Source: Candidatus Peregrinibacteria bacterium
GTDB lineage: Bacteria; Patescibacteriota; Gracilibacteria; UM-FILTER-43-11
DNA length: 64,000 nt
Assembly (NCBI GenBank): GCA_016932495.1
Contig: JAFGCR010000011.1
Location: forward strand, 4,973-68,972
Direction of reading: 5' to 3'
Part shown: positions 52,556 through 62,379 of the stretch, in pieces
Layout of the letters: each line of letters opens with the position of its first letter
How positions within the stretch are numbered: position 1 is the first letter of the stretch
Position numbers and translations under genes: made by a program
The notes under the pieces: model-generated
Seen by the model: the letters and a program-made list of their open reading frames with translations, nothing else
Told to the model about the DNA's origin: nothing
Database searches by the model: none

Positions 52556-54846
52556 TTTTTCGCCTTACGTTCCTCTTCTTTTTCCTGCCTTTTGCGTTCC
52601 CTTTCCGCCTCTTGTTTCAGCAACGCTCCGGTGCGGCTCCGAATGTTTTTGACGAATTTTTCTCCGTCTTCATTCAGTAAGGCATTTTTTGTTTTTTCTT
52701 CCTCTTTTTTTTCTTCCTCTTTGGGTTTACGGACCTCGGTTGTGAATTCAAAGAGTGTGAGCAGGCTTTTTTTCATTTGCTGAGCCATTTCAAAATCTTC
52801 CTGCGAGACGTAATACTGGCCGGTTGTTTTATCGACGGGTTCATACGGGGCGTTTTCATCCAGCAGGATGCCCAGTTCCACCATGATCGGCTGGAGGATC
52901 TGGGTTTCAATTTCCCTTTTTATATCCGCCAATCGGCTGTCCGAAACGCCTTTAACATATAATTCGATTAATTTTTCAAAGTCAAAAGGGGTGTCGAATT
53001 TGGAAAAATCACAGTCTTTAGGAGCCACTCCGGGGATATTTTGTGAATAATCCCGGTTAAACCCCTCTTCGCGGTCGCCGTAGGCCTTACGGCATTGTTC
53101 CAGCGCTTCCCGGAAAGGTTTTGGCATCGCTTTGCCCTGGTAGTTCAGACGGCCCTGCATGGCGGCGACAAGGAAGTCAAACCATTGAATGGCCTCCCGG
53201 TAATCCGGATTATTTTTCAATCCGTCTAATGCCTTTTTGGCCTGCTCGAGAGCATCCTCTTTAGGGGCTGAAAAGCATTTCTCCAACGCTTCCCAAATCG
53301 CCTGATTACGTTCCCGGGTCTGTTCATAAATACGATTTCCCAGCACAATGATCCTTTCATAATCACCGGCAAGGGTTATTTTTTCGTCCCTCAGCATCAT
53401 TTCGATTAATTCTTTTAAAGAAGTGGCCTTTTTGCCTTCCGGAAACTCATGCAGGAGCACTTCCAGGATGGAATTAATTTTTTCTTCCACCTCTGTTTTA
53501 AGTGAGTCAAAATTTACTTTAGCATCCCGCGCCTTTTTGCGTCCCAGGGGCGTGTTAAACAGAAAATCAGCTATTTTAGACGGCACTTCCGGCATTATGT
53601 TCAGCACCAGTTCTACCGCGTCGTCTGCCTCGTCTAGCGGCCGTCCCTCATTGATCGCGTCCGTGATTTCTTCCAAAGCCCATTCCAGCATTTCGGCTTC
53701 GTCAGCGCCTTCTCCTTTTAAACCTACTAATGCCTCCTGGATTTTTGGCAGGGCAGCCTGAATTATCTGAATGTCTTCTCTTACTGTTGGCGCAAACGCA
53801 TTCCCTTGAGACGCTGTCCGCAGATGCCCGAGGGCCTCCCCGATGTTACTGCCTAAATACTGGAGGGCAATTTTTTGGGTTAAAACATCCGCATTGACTC
53901 CGAACGGGCGCAAAAAGGCTTTACCTCCTTCGGTTTGAGCCCAGGCAAAAAGCCGTTTTCCGCTCAGGCCTTTTAAGGCAAACAGCCGTTCTAACGCGGT
54001 TTTAAATTCGGGAGTGCGCAAACGAAACAGCTGTTCAACGCCTTTCGCGTGTTTTTCGTATAATTTTCGTTCTTTTTCTTCACCTTTCTGCTTTTTCTGG
54101 ATTTCCTGCGTCATAGGGACAAGCACCGCATCCAGAAATTCTTTGAGGTGCGGATTTTGTTCACGCATACTGTGGAAAACCGACAGCATTTCTTTGAAAA
54201 TGGCTTTTAAATTTTGGCGGTTTTTAGGGTTTTTCATACCCTTAAACCATTTGAACATCTCTGTAGCGAGGGCTGGGAAATGCATTTTCCCCCGTTTTTT
54301 GTCGAGTAACTGGTGACATTCTTTCATGTGCTTCCCGTTTAACTCCAGTACTTTCATAACCGCCTTGGACAGAGGGCCATCCGGCTCCTTCATCTCATTG
54401 TAATGAGGCAGGGTTTCACAATCTTCAATCCCATGGTCCTGAAAATATTTTTTTGTATGGGCGGTGTTCCCCAGGCTAAAATGGCTCATTAAAGCCAGTG
54501 CCAGGCTGAAATCGGCCAGCGCTTTTTGGAGCTGTTCTGATTGCCGTGGGCTGTCGACTTCCCCCGCGAAAACTTCATTCCAAAACGACGTCATAAACTG
54601 ATCAAAGCCTTCTACTTTCTGCTCCTGTTTTTTGCTTAACTGATCGCCTTTGCCACCCCCCAGAACAAATATTGCCCCCTGTAGCGGTTTGCCATAGGTT
54701 TCTTTTAATTCACTCCAAAAACGCCCTAAAATGGCTTTAATTTTTCCGCGCCGTGCTTCCTGGGCTTCTTTTTGGGTGCGGGCCAATTCCCGATTAGCCG
54801 GGTTTAAATTGATTCGCGGAGTGTTGGGTTGATTGGGTGCGTTCAT
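52552..54846 (-). CDS. hypothetical large alpha-helical protein with a Lys/Glu-rich C-terminus
   Basis: 764-aa uninterrupted ORF. No catalytic or nucleotide-binding motif found by eye. Confidence 0.7.
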   Translation of the reverse strand: MNAPNQPNTPRINLNPANRELARTQKEAQEARRGKIKAILGRFWSELKETYGKPLQGAIFVLGGGKGDQLSKKQEQKVEGFDQFMTSFWNEVFAGEVDSPRQSEQLQKALADFSLALALMSHFSLGNTAHTKKYFQDHGIEDCETLPHYNEMKEPDGPLSKAVMKVLELNGKHMKECHQLLDKKRGKMHFPALATEMFKWFKGMKNPKNRQNLKAIFKEMLSVFHSMREQNPHLKEFLDAVLVPMTQEIQKKQKGEEKERKLYEKHAKGVEQLFRLRTPEFKTALERLFALKGLSGKRLFAWAQTEGGKAFLRPFGVNADVLTQKIALQYLGSNIGEALGHLRTASQGNAFAPTVREDIQIIQAALPKIQEALVGLKGEGADEAEMLEWALEEITDAINEGRPLDEADDAVELVLNIMPEVPSKIADFLFNTPLGRKKARDAKVNFDSLKTEVEEKINSILEVLLHEFPEGKKATSLKELIEMMLRDEKITLAGDYERIIVLGNRIYEQTRERNQAIWEALEKCFSAPKEDALEQAKKALDGLKNNPDYREAIQWFDFLVAAMQGRLNYQGKAMPKPFREALEQCRKAYGDREEGFNRDYSQNIPGVAPKDCDFSKFDTPFDFEKLIELYVKGVSDSRLADIKREIETQILQPIMVELGILLDENAPYEPVDKTTGQYYVSQEDFEMAQQMKKSLLTLFEFTTEVRKPKEEEKKEEEKTKNALLNEDGEKFVKNIRSRTGALLKQEAERERKRQEKEEERKAKK

Positions 54847-54936
54847 GGTGGTTTTAAATTAGATAAATGTGATAGTTAATAGGTGTATGGCGGGGGGACT
54901 TGCGTCCCCCGCGCCGTTCATGTTGTGAACTCTGGG

Positions 54937-55716
54937 TCAGGCCATGCGGATCATGGTGTCGCGGGCCACTTCGGCGAGCGGCTCCAGGGAGCTCTCGCGC
55001 AGGTCCATGGCCCTCTGGATCTCGTTGTACATCGTGTCGATGAGGGCGTGGTCGTCCGGATGGTCCTCGGTGAGGCCATCGCGGAGGTGCTCCATGGCGA
55101 CCATGAAGGCCGGAGCGTCGAACATCCCGTGCTTTTGGAGGCTGGGATCGTTCTGGAAGCCTTCGTACAGGTCGCCGAAGCAATTGGCAATGATCTTGGC
55201 CTTGGGGTTGCCCCGGAAGGCTTTGATCGTGCCCATGGACCGGATGGCCCCGCCACTGAGACGGGCGGCTCCGGTGATGATGCCGGCACTGCCGCGGCCG
55301 AGCGCCTTGGTCCCCTTGCCGATCGAAGAGAACCAGCTGCGGTTGAAGAAAAACATGGTGATGAGCAGGAGCGCCATAGCCGACCAGATGCCAGAGCTGA
55401 CCAGGGTGATCAGTGCGACGATGAGCGAGTAGCCCACTACGACACGGATGATCCATCCGAGAATGGGGACCATGCTGGTGATCGAGATAATGCCCCAGAT
55501 CTTGCGCCCCCACATAAAGAGGGCGTAGGCGAAGATGATCCACTTGATGAAGGCGAGGTCCCCGTCGAGCTTGATGTTCCACGGGAGGTGGTTCGTCACG
55601 AGCAGGACCTTGGCGGCCAGCACTTCGGGGAGGTTGATGAGAAACATGATGATGTTCACCAGGGTCTCACCAACTCCGTAGATCGCGTTGACCTTCTCTT
55701 TGAATTCTTCCCACAT
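54937..55716 (-). CDS. polytopic membrane protein with a soluble C-terminal domain, encoded by a compositionally foreign GC-rich gene
   Basis: AAGGAAG SD before the ATG. About 4 TM helices. 24 of the first 32 codons end in G/C, with all Ile as ATC and all Asn as AAC. 37/60 G+C in 55021-55080, against 24/60 in 56101-56160. Confidence 0.7.
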   Translation of the reverse strand: MWEEFKEKVNAIYGVGETLVNIIMFLINLPEVLAAKVLLVTNHLPWNIKLDGDLAFIKWIIFAYALFMWGRKIWGIISITSMVPILGWIIRVVVGYSLIVALITLVSSGIWSAMALLLITMFFFNRSWFSSIGKGTKALGRGSAGIITGAARLSGGAIRSMGTIKAFRGNPKAKIIANCFGDLYEGFQNDPSLQKHGMFDAPAFMVAMEHLRDGLTEDHPDDHALIDTMYNEIQRAMDLRESSLEPLAEVARDTMIRMA

Positions 55717-55874
55717 GTTTCACTTCCTTTCGTATTCCTAAGCCCGCAGGCTTGTTTTCAGGTTCACAACAATGAGTTCGACCGCCGCTCAAGAGAGCAA
55801 AATTACTCCTTGGGCGACAGACCGCTCATTGCTGTTTTAGCGATTTTTAAAAGAGCATTGTTACAGAGATAGTT

Positions 55875-55903
55875 ATTTTATAATATTATTTATAATTTGT
55901 CAA
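55875..55903 (-). promoter_or_regulatory. sigma-70 type promoter TTGACA-N17-TAAAAT (minus strand)
   Basis: -35 is the reverse complement of 55898-55903; -10 is the reverse complement of 55875-55880. The leader is about 155 nt. Confidence 0.65.
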
Positions 55904-55935
55904 TAGCTAATTACCTCAATTTATTGTTTCAAAAA

Positions 55936-55974
55936 ACAGCCATTACCGTATGGTTTTCTGGCTGTTTTGTTTTA
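55936..55974. terminator. bidirectional terminator-like hairpin after the 1747-aa gene
   Basis: ACAGCC (55936-55941) pairs with GGCTGT (55960-55965). It is flanked by an A-run upstream and TTTTGTTTT downstream. Confidence 0.55.
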
Positions 55975-56033
55975 ATATAATAAGCTTAATTTTTAAGGGT
56001 GTCAATACCCTTAAGGCAACCTTTTTGTACCGT

Positions 56034-59000
56034 TTATTTTGTTGGTTTGGCCAGTTTTTCTAATCGGTCGTTCAGGGCTTTATTCAGCTCTTTAAACACA
56101 ATATCCAATCCTGTTTTAGCTCCGCTTAAGATAGACATTACTACTGACTCCGGAAGATTCATCACATCGTCTCTAATGAATTTTTCTGATAAATATGGGA
56201 TCCATTTATTTTGTGGTAATTTTACTCCTTTTATTTTAGGGACATTTTCCCCCCGGAAATAAGCCGTCATGTTTTCTGCTAAATACCGCCGATAAGCCAG
56301 TTCGACCGCGTCCGCATTAAAATATTCTTTTATCCCTGCTATTACACTTACGTCTTTGGCAGCCTGCGCGATTACATTATGGTACTCGTCAAACTGTTTA
56401 GGAATATTACTGTTTTTGCCGAATTTACGCACCAGCTCCGCGCGCATGCGGGTGCCGCTTCGAGACCAGTGCTGTTCTTCCATGAATTTCTCCTGATAAT
56501 TTTTTTGGATCGCTTCAAAGAATTTAATCCTCAGATTGTCATTTTTGCCATAATCCATTAAAGGCTCTCCTTCGGCCGCAGCCTGGGCATGGTCCAGCAG
56601 TTTTTTCAGGTCCCAGCCGCCGGTATCTTTAGCCTGCCATAAATCAAAGGCTTTCATGAATTTTTTGGCCTCGTGGCTATCGAGCGAAGAAACATATTTA
56701 GGAGGAATGACCTCATCAATGCCAAATACAATGGTGTGCTTATAGTCTTCCAGGTCCCCATACCGCCAGTTACGGTTTTTGCGCATGTAGTACTCATAGT
56801 TTAAACGCACTTTCTTTTTTATTTCTTTCCCTGTGGCCTGATCGACATAGGTATATTCTCTTGTAGCCCGATGCTGTTCATGAATGGGAGTAGGAACCCT
56901 TAAAAACAGCAGGTAACCATTTTGCGTGTTGCGGAAAGAGCCATATCGTTGGATCATCGGTTCTACGTGGGCGCGGATTCTGTCTTTATCCCGGCTTTGG
57001 ATGGCCTGAGTGAATTCATCATTGGGATCCAGATAATCCACATAGGCTGTATGATTCGCGTCTTGTGTGTGGAAGAATTCCACTAAATTTTTCACCGCAT
57101 CGCGGTAGGCTTCATCCCTTTGGTCCGTCAATGGCCTAATTGAATCTTTGCACACCCCCATAAAGTTCACATAGCCTTCCGGTACCCTAAAATCAAAACG
57201 CTGCATCGGTTCTGTCATTAAATTTTTACGAGCCAGCAAACCTCCTTTGTTCTGCCAGTCGTACCAATCTTCTTCGTATTTTCCAAAAATTTCATATCCA
57301 TTGGTAATAAAATTTAGCTTCCAGGATTCTTCTTTGTCTTTTAGCGCTTCAGCAAGCGCTTTCTGGTCAATGTTATAAGGGCCGGTTTCATCGGGGAACA
57401 TATTGTGCACAACCCGTATTTCATTTCGGCTCCAGCGCTGAAAATTTGATTCTACCTTAGTTAAAGCGGTCGCCAGTGTATCAGTGGCGCGGTCGCCTAA
57501 TTCTAAAGTGGCGACAAAAGGCAGTTTTACGCCTGTAGTGATGATCTGCCAGGTATTATTGGCCATGCGTTTAAGCCGCAAGGCGGTTTCACCTTCTTTC
57601 CACCATACCGAGATCTCCCGGCCGGTTTCAGCAGTAAATTCCCAGCCTTTCTGGCCCCATTCTTTCATGGTGCGCCAGGCTTCCGGGCCGTAATCTTCCG
57701 AGAATTTCCGTATAGTTTCGTCGGTAAAATATTTGACTTTGCCTTTCAGGTGGAGCCAGCTTGGCAGAGCTTTGTTTTTGTATTCCACCATTTCGTTGTA
57801 CAGCCAGCTGGGTACTCCCAGTAAGCCTTCATGTTCGCGGTTGGCCTGTTCCCATTCAGCGGCAGTGCTCAATACTTCGCTGGCTTCTTTATAATTCCAT
57901 TTGTAGCCGCCGTCCTGCAGATCTTTGGCCTCATCAGGCGCCAGGTAAAGCACTTTTCCTTTTTCGGCCGCTTTTTTAAATCCTTCCGCGGTGAAGTGGT
58001 AGTACAATTCGTCACGGCCGGCTTTAAGCAGCTGTTCACGATCGGTTATTGTCCCACGAGTGGCACGTTTGCCGATCATTAACAGTTGCTTTTCAATCAC
58101 ATCCACAAACTTGGCGCCAACGGCTTCTTTGTTGGTCTCGTCGGGCATGATCTCATCCAGCTCCCGCGGTTTCAAAAGCCCGGAACGGGTAAGGGAAGCA
58201 TAATGGCTGTAACCACGATTTTTGGCTTTGTCCTGAGCGCTCCAGCCGTATTCACCCCGGCCGTCGTACCACTTTATAATATCTTCGATTTTTTTGTCTT
58301 TCAAAGTGTCCAAAGCCCGGTGGCCAGCCTGGTCATCATATTCAATTCCGCTGTTTTTAGCCTCTTTGTGCAGCCAGGAGCCCCGCGCGGTTTCCGCAGG
58401 ACTGTCGATTCCCAGGAAGCTGAGGGCGGGCTTGCCAGTTACGTTTTCATAAATCATCCCAATACCCAAAGCCGCCGCCGTTCCGCGGATTAACTTTCCC
58501 GGCCACCCTTGGCCGGAGACTCCGCGGGAGATGACGAGATAGGCCATAAACCCGTAAATAAAACGCACTTCCGGCCGTACGCCGGAGCCAAAAATGTTCT
58601 CAAACACATGACCGCCCACCTTATGCACCCGTTCCATTAATGTATTTCCTTTGTCGTACATGCCCTCTTCGTAGTCGATTTTGTTTTTCAGGTCTTTTTG
58701 GGCTTGCTCAGTACGGCGCTGGAATTCGCGGATAAATTCCCTTAACACCTCCCGCGCGTTCTCGTGTTCAGGGTGTTTTGGGTCTTGTAAGGCCTCCACA
58801 AAAGCCTGATTACCGGGCGTGGCGCTTAAAATACGGGTCAGCACTGTGACCGCTGCGCTTTCACCTCCCTTCTTATTAGCCAGTTTTTCATCTAAATCTT
58901 TTTCCCATATGCCTACCTGAGTTTCGGGGTTGGACCAGTAATTGCCTTTAAAATAGCGGTAAAACGCGCCTTGCCATACCACTTGGTTGGCCGCGCACAC

Positions 59001-61277
59001 GCGTTCAAATTCCGACATTCCTTCTAAGGCCTGGGCTTCCACGTTTTTAAAGTAGTCTTTTAATTTATCATTCGGGACGCCTACTATTTCCGCCAGCTTA
59101 TTTATTCGTATTTCATTCCGGCGGTTTACAAAATTGTTACTGATGTCATTCAGGATTTCTGCGGCTAACACACTATCTCCTGCTTCTATTTTTTTGACTA
59201 TTGTTTCCCATTTGGCTTTATCTTCCGGCGACATTCCGGTTGTGTCCCGGCCGGTGATCATTTCGTACAGTACGTTCCCTTTAAGAGGCCGTTTAAGTTT
59301 TTCAAGATATCCTGTTTTGGCGGTGGATCTGCTGGCATACGTTAACATTTCTGTCAGGCGTCCGATGCGCGTCTGCATAACGGCTTTTTTGTCAGCGTCT
59401 TTTTCTGTTGTAAGATTTGTTCGTAATTCGCCGATATATTTTTGTGTCAGCTCTCTGCCACTCAGCGTGTCCATGTCCATATACAGCTGGTTCAGTTTTT
59501 CCAGATCCTTTTTAATGCCTGTTTTTTCTTCGTCGTTATAATAATAAGAAACCTTCGGCAGCATATTGATCTCCGCGATCCGGCTGGAGACAAGGGCCGC
59601 TTTGTCGATATCCACCTCTTTTAAACTGGCGCCATCCATTCCCACATATTGCTTCAGGGTTTTGTTCAGCAAAACAGCTTTTTCATGCATGCCTTTCAAA
59701 CGCCCTGATTGCTCTTCGTAGAATTCATCATCCGGCGTAAAGCCTTCATCGAGAGCCTGGCGATAAACCACACGCAAAACAATTAAGTCCACCTCGATTT
59801 GACTGTGAAGGCTCCGGATCTGCTGTTCATAAGAAGCTAATTCAAATTCTTTCAGTACCTCGTGTTCAGGCAGGCCGTTTGCATCTAAAAATTCCTTTTT
59901 TCCGCTGTCCGGATTGAATTCTTTGCCCTGAAAAAGTTTGTCGTGCTTATAGGCTCCTTTCTTTTCCTGAATTTTGTAGTTGGGGCCGATTTTAATGCCC
60001 TCTAGTTTTGCGAATTCATCTACTTTGTCCACTCCTGCCAGCATCGCAGTAGTCAGCAGGTAAGCGCGGGTACGAGGGTCGCGGGGGAGCTGTTTGCCAT
60101 ATTTTTGTTTGATTTGGTCCATGACCATCAGGTACATGTCCATGGCCATTTTTACGTTTTCCGGCGCGCGTGACTGGCCGTCCTCGATCAGTTCTTCGTA
60201 ATATACCAATCCGCTTTCGGCAGTCACACCAAGTCGTCCTTCCAGGATTTTTTTGGTCTGATTCAAAGCTTCCAGTTCAGCCTCTGCATTTTTAAGGGCA
60301 ACCGGATTGTCTGTTCGCGTGGCTGCTTCCTTAGCGATTTCCTGTTTTTTGATTTCAGCATCATTCAGTTCGATTGATTTGCGGACGCCCATGTCATCAA
60401 TAATCTTCATTTTGGGGCTCGCCTCCATCGCCTTCAGGTAGATGTAGGCTTCCCGCACAAAGGCCAGATGTTTATCGATAAATTCGATTTGGTCTTTTTC
60501 AACCAGATGTATGTAGGCCTTGGCATTAGCAATTTCTGGTGCTGTTCCGCTGATATTTTCTACAACACTTTTACCTTTTTCGGCGTTGTTTTTGGCAATA
60601 GCGCCGGCATTTGTCAGTTGTTCCAGATAACTCTTGGAATCAGCCAAATATCCTTCCAATTGTGTTTTATTTTTTATTTTGCCGGTAGGAACGGTATTGA
60701 CGAGATTCCGATATTTAGCGGAATCAAGGGTATCCCCTTCAGCGGTGCCCATTTCGATCAAGGGAACATTTTCCAATTCCGTTTTTTCATTAGCTCTCAA
60801 AACTTCATTAATCTTATCCTGCGCGCTGCCCACCTGTCTTCGGTTCAAACCTGCGTAGCTGAATTTTTCGGCCTTAATTCCTCTGGCTGTATTGGCCAAC
60901 TCTTTTCGCATACTCTCCAGGCGGGCGTTCATACTGTCCAGCGCAGTGGTCTTTTCTTTAGTCCCCGCATATTCGGTTGCCAGTTTTTTCAGGTTGGGAT
61001 GGTTTTTATCAATGCCGGTCGGGCTGGTGGGATTGTTCAGTTTCTGCAGGCGGATGTATTCCAGCAGGATCCGGAAATCATCGCTTTTACCCTCAAAAGC
61101 CTTATATTCAGGTTTATTGGGGTAATGGCTGATAACATCCTGAATAAGCTCCCCCGTATCTTTGCTTGTTTCGATGGTTTCTTTTGCCTTTTTTAATTCA
61201 GGGTTTTTGTACACATACAATAACCGGTTTTCTTTAGCGCTCCCTGCGTCTGAGTTCTCAAGGCGGGAAAGGGTCAT
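56034..61277 (-). CDS. giant hypothetical protein (1747 aa)
   Basis: Single uninterrupted ORF, mostly helical. One internal hydrophobic hairpin (FIYGFMAYLVISRG...AAALGIGMIY). No Walker A or HExxH motif found by eye. Confidence 0.8.
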   Translation of the reverse strand: MTLSRLENSDAGSAKENRLLYVYKNPELKKAKETIETSKDTGELIQDVISHYPNKPEYKAFEGKSDDFRILLEYIRLQKLNNPTSPTGIDKNHPNLKKLATEYAGTKEKTTALDSMNARLESMRKELANTARGIKAEKFSYAGLNRRQVGSAQDKINEVLRANEKTELENVPLIEMGTAEGDTLDSAKYRNLVNTVPTGKIKNKTQLEGYLADSKSYLEQLTNAGAIAKNNAEKGKSVVENISGTAPEIANAKAYIHLVEKDQIEFIDKHLAFVREAYIYLKAMEASPKMKIIDDMGVRKSIELNDAEIKKQEIAKEAATRTDNPVALKNAEAELEALNQTKKILEGRLGVTAESGLVYYEELIEDGQSRAPENVKMAMDMYLMVMDQIKQKYGKQLPRDPRTRAYLLTTAMLAGVDKVDEFAKLEGIKIGPNYKIQEKKGAYKHDKLFQGKEFNPDSGKKEFLDANGLPEHEVLKEFELASYEQQIRSLHSQIEVDLIVLRVVYRQALDEGFTPDDEFYEEQSGRLKGMHEKAVLLNKTLKQYVGMDGASLKEVDIDKAALVSSRIAEINMLPKVSYYYNDEEKTGIKKDLEKLNQLYMDMDTLSGRELTQKYIGELRTNLTTEKDADKKAVMQTRIGRLTEMLTYASRSTAKTGYLEKLKRPLKGNVLYEMITGRDTTGMSPEDKAKWETIVKKIEAGDSVLAAEILNDISNNFVNRRNEIRINKLAEIVGVPNDKLKDYFKNVEAQALEGMSEFERVCAANQVVWQGAFYRYFKGNYWSNPETQVGIWEKDLDEKLANKKGGESAAVTVLTRILSATPGNQAFVEALQDPKHPEHENAREVLREFIREFQRRTEQAQKDLKNKIDYEEGMYDKGNTLMERVHKVGGHVFENIFGSGVRPEVRFIYGFMAYLVISRGVSGQGWPGKLIRGTAAALGIGMIYENVTGKPALSFLGIDSPAETARGSWLHKEAKNSGIEYDDQAGHRALDTLKDKKIEDIIKWYDGRGEYGWSAQDKAKNRGYSHYASLTRSGLLKPRELDEIMPDETNKEAVGAKFVDVIEKQLLMIGKRATRGTITDREQLLKAGRDELYYHFTAEGFKKAAEKGKVLYLAPDEAKDLQDGGYKWNYKEASEVLSTAAEWEQANREHEGLLGVPSWLYNEMVEYKNKALPSWLHLKGKVKYFTDETIRKFSEDYGPEAWRTMKEWGQKGWEFTAETGREISVWWKEGETALRLKRMANNTWQIITTGVKLPFVATLELGDRATDTLATALTKVESNFQRWSRNEIRVVHNMFPDETGPYNIDQKALAEALKDKEESWKLNFITNGYEIFGKYEEDWYDWQNKGGLLARKNLMTEPMQRFDFRVPEGYVNFMGVCKDSIRPLTDQRDEAYRDAVKNLVEFFHTQDANHTAYVDYLDPNDEFTQAIQSRDKDRIRAHVEPMIQRYGSFRNTQNGYLLFLRVPTPIHEQHRATREYTYVDQATGKEIKKKVRLNYEYYMRKNRNWRYGDLEDYKHTIVFGIDEVIPPKYVSSLDSHEAKKFMKAFDLWQAKDTGGWDLKKLLDHAQAAAEGEPLMDYGKNDNLRIKFFEAIQKNYQEKFMEEQHWSRSGTRMRAELVRKFGKNSNIPKQFDEYHNVIAQAAKDVSVIAGIKEYFNADAVELAYRRYLAENMTAYFRGENVPKIKGVKLPQNKWIPYLSEKFIRDDVMNLPESVVMSILSGAKTGLDIVFKELNKALNDRLEKLAKPTK

Positions 61278-61407
61278 TTGGGTTTGTTTTTGTTTTAATA
61301 AATTTATCTATATATTATACCAAAAAAAGCATATTTTAGCTAGTAAATATGTTTGACCGATTTAAGAGAATATGGCGTTTGCTTTTTAGTCTATTTTTAT
61401 CTCCTAT

Positions 61408-62379
61408 TTACCTGTTGTTCCATTTTTTCTTTAACCACTTACTGCCTTTATCGAGCCATTTTTTGCCCTTTTTCTTGAGCCGGTGTACTTGGTATAAGCC
61501 TTCCATCGCCAGACTTTCTTCCACAGTCACGCCCCATTGGAAATGGTGTTTTTCACTCCATCTCCAGCCCCCGAGCCAGAAGAACCCTTCAGCAATCAGA
61601 TAGGGCTTTGCTTCCGGCCAGTTTGCCACATCCACGGCTAAGCCGACCTCATGCAAAGAGTGCCCAGGAGGGGCTGTTGGCGGGAGTTTTGGGTTTTCCT
61701 GCTTGGCGATAAATAAGTCATTTTGCTGCATGTTCACGCTAAAAGCGCGGCTGATTTTAATATGGCCTTTCCCGTCAGCTACCATTTTTTTATCGGCCTG
61801 AATAAATGCTTTGGCGGCCGGCTCTTTTAGCTTATAGAGCTCATCGATATTCATTTCATATTTATCATATTTATATCGCCCGCATTCCTCAGGTAATTCT
61901 TCCAAATCCTCATCCACTAATTTGTCGCCGGCGGTTTTAACCAATTCAGGACTTAGATAATTGCCGGTGGCTGAATCTTTTTTATACCCCTTTTTGTCCA
62001 GAGCCTCCGCTAATTGTTTGACTGCCTCCGATTCCTTCGCATTATGTATTGTCATCAATTCATCTAAATCGATCTGCTCGATCAGCTTATCTACCTCTTC
62101 CTTAATTTCTGATTGCCGCTGTTTGTCGATTTCATATGAGGCAACAGCGGCCAGACCTAATATCAAACTGCCGATAAGAAACCGGCGGCGGCTGATCAGG
62201 ATTTTTTTAGCCTCCCTCTCAGCCTTTTCCGGGTCTTGTCGGCCTGCCTGCACGGGTGCCTCCCCCTGGGCACGTGCTTCTTCGCCTACCTCTTCCATGG
62301 TCGGAAAGCGGTCTGGCGCCTGAAAGCCCGGTGCGTTGGGGTCGTTGTTGTTTCGCGGGGGGTTAGCCATTAGCGGCAA
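61408..62379 (-). CDS. membrane-anchored peptidase M15 (VanY / D-Ala-D-Ala carboxypeptidase-like) cell-wall hydrolase
   Basis: Disordered N-terminus. TM segment FLIGSLILGLAAVASY. PGHSLHEVGLAVDV (SxHxxGxAxD type) and WSEKHHFQWG (ExxH type). Confidence 0.7.
   Translation of the reverse strand: MPLMANPPRNNNDPNAPGFQAPDRFPTMEEVGEEARAQGEAPVQAGRQDPEKAEREAKKILISRRRFLIGSLILGLAAVASYEIDKQRQSEIKEEVDKLIEQIDLDELMTIHNAKESEAVKQLAEALDKKGYKKDSATGNYLSPELVKTAGDKLVDEDLEELPEECGRYKYDKYEMNIDELYKLKEPAAKAFIQADKKMVADGKGHIKISRAFSVNMQQNDLFIAKQENPKLPPTAPPGHSLHEVGLAVDVANWPEAKPYLIAEGFFWLGGWRWSEKHHFQWGVTVEESLAMEGLYQVHRLKKKGKKWLDKGSKWLKKKWNNR

Noticed and set aside
52319-52783. ORFs 52319..52552 (-) and 52352..52783 (+) with repetitive peptides (PTDYASLRRECKK x3)
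   Set aside because: They are simply translations of the 39-bp tandem repeat in two directions, with no start context.
54854-55872. Long overlapping ORFs 54883..55872 (+, 329 aa), 54854..55582 (-, 242 aa), 54944..55432 (+) and 54951..55289 (-)
   Set aside because: They are out-of-frame or antisense readings of GC-rich DNA. Their products are Arg/Pro/Gly/His-rich and low-complexity, with no SD. Only 54937..55716 has an SD, an ATG and coherent TM helices.
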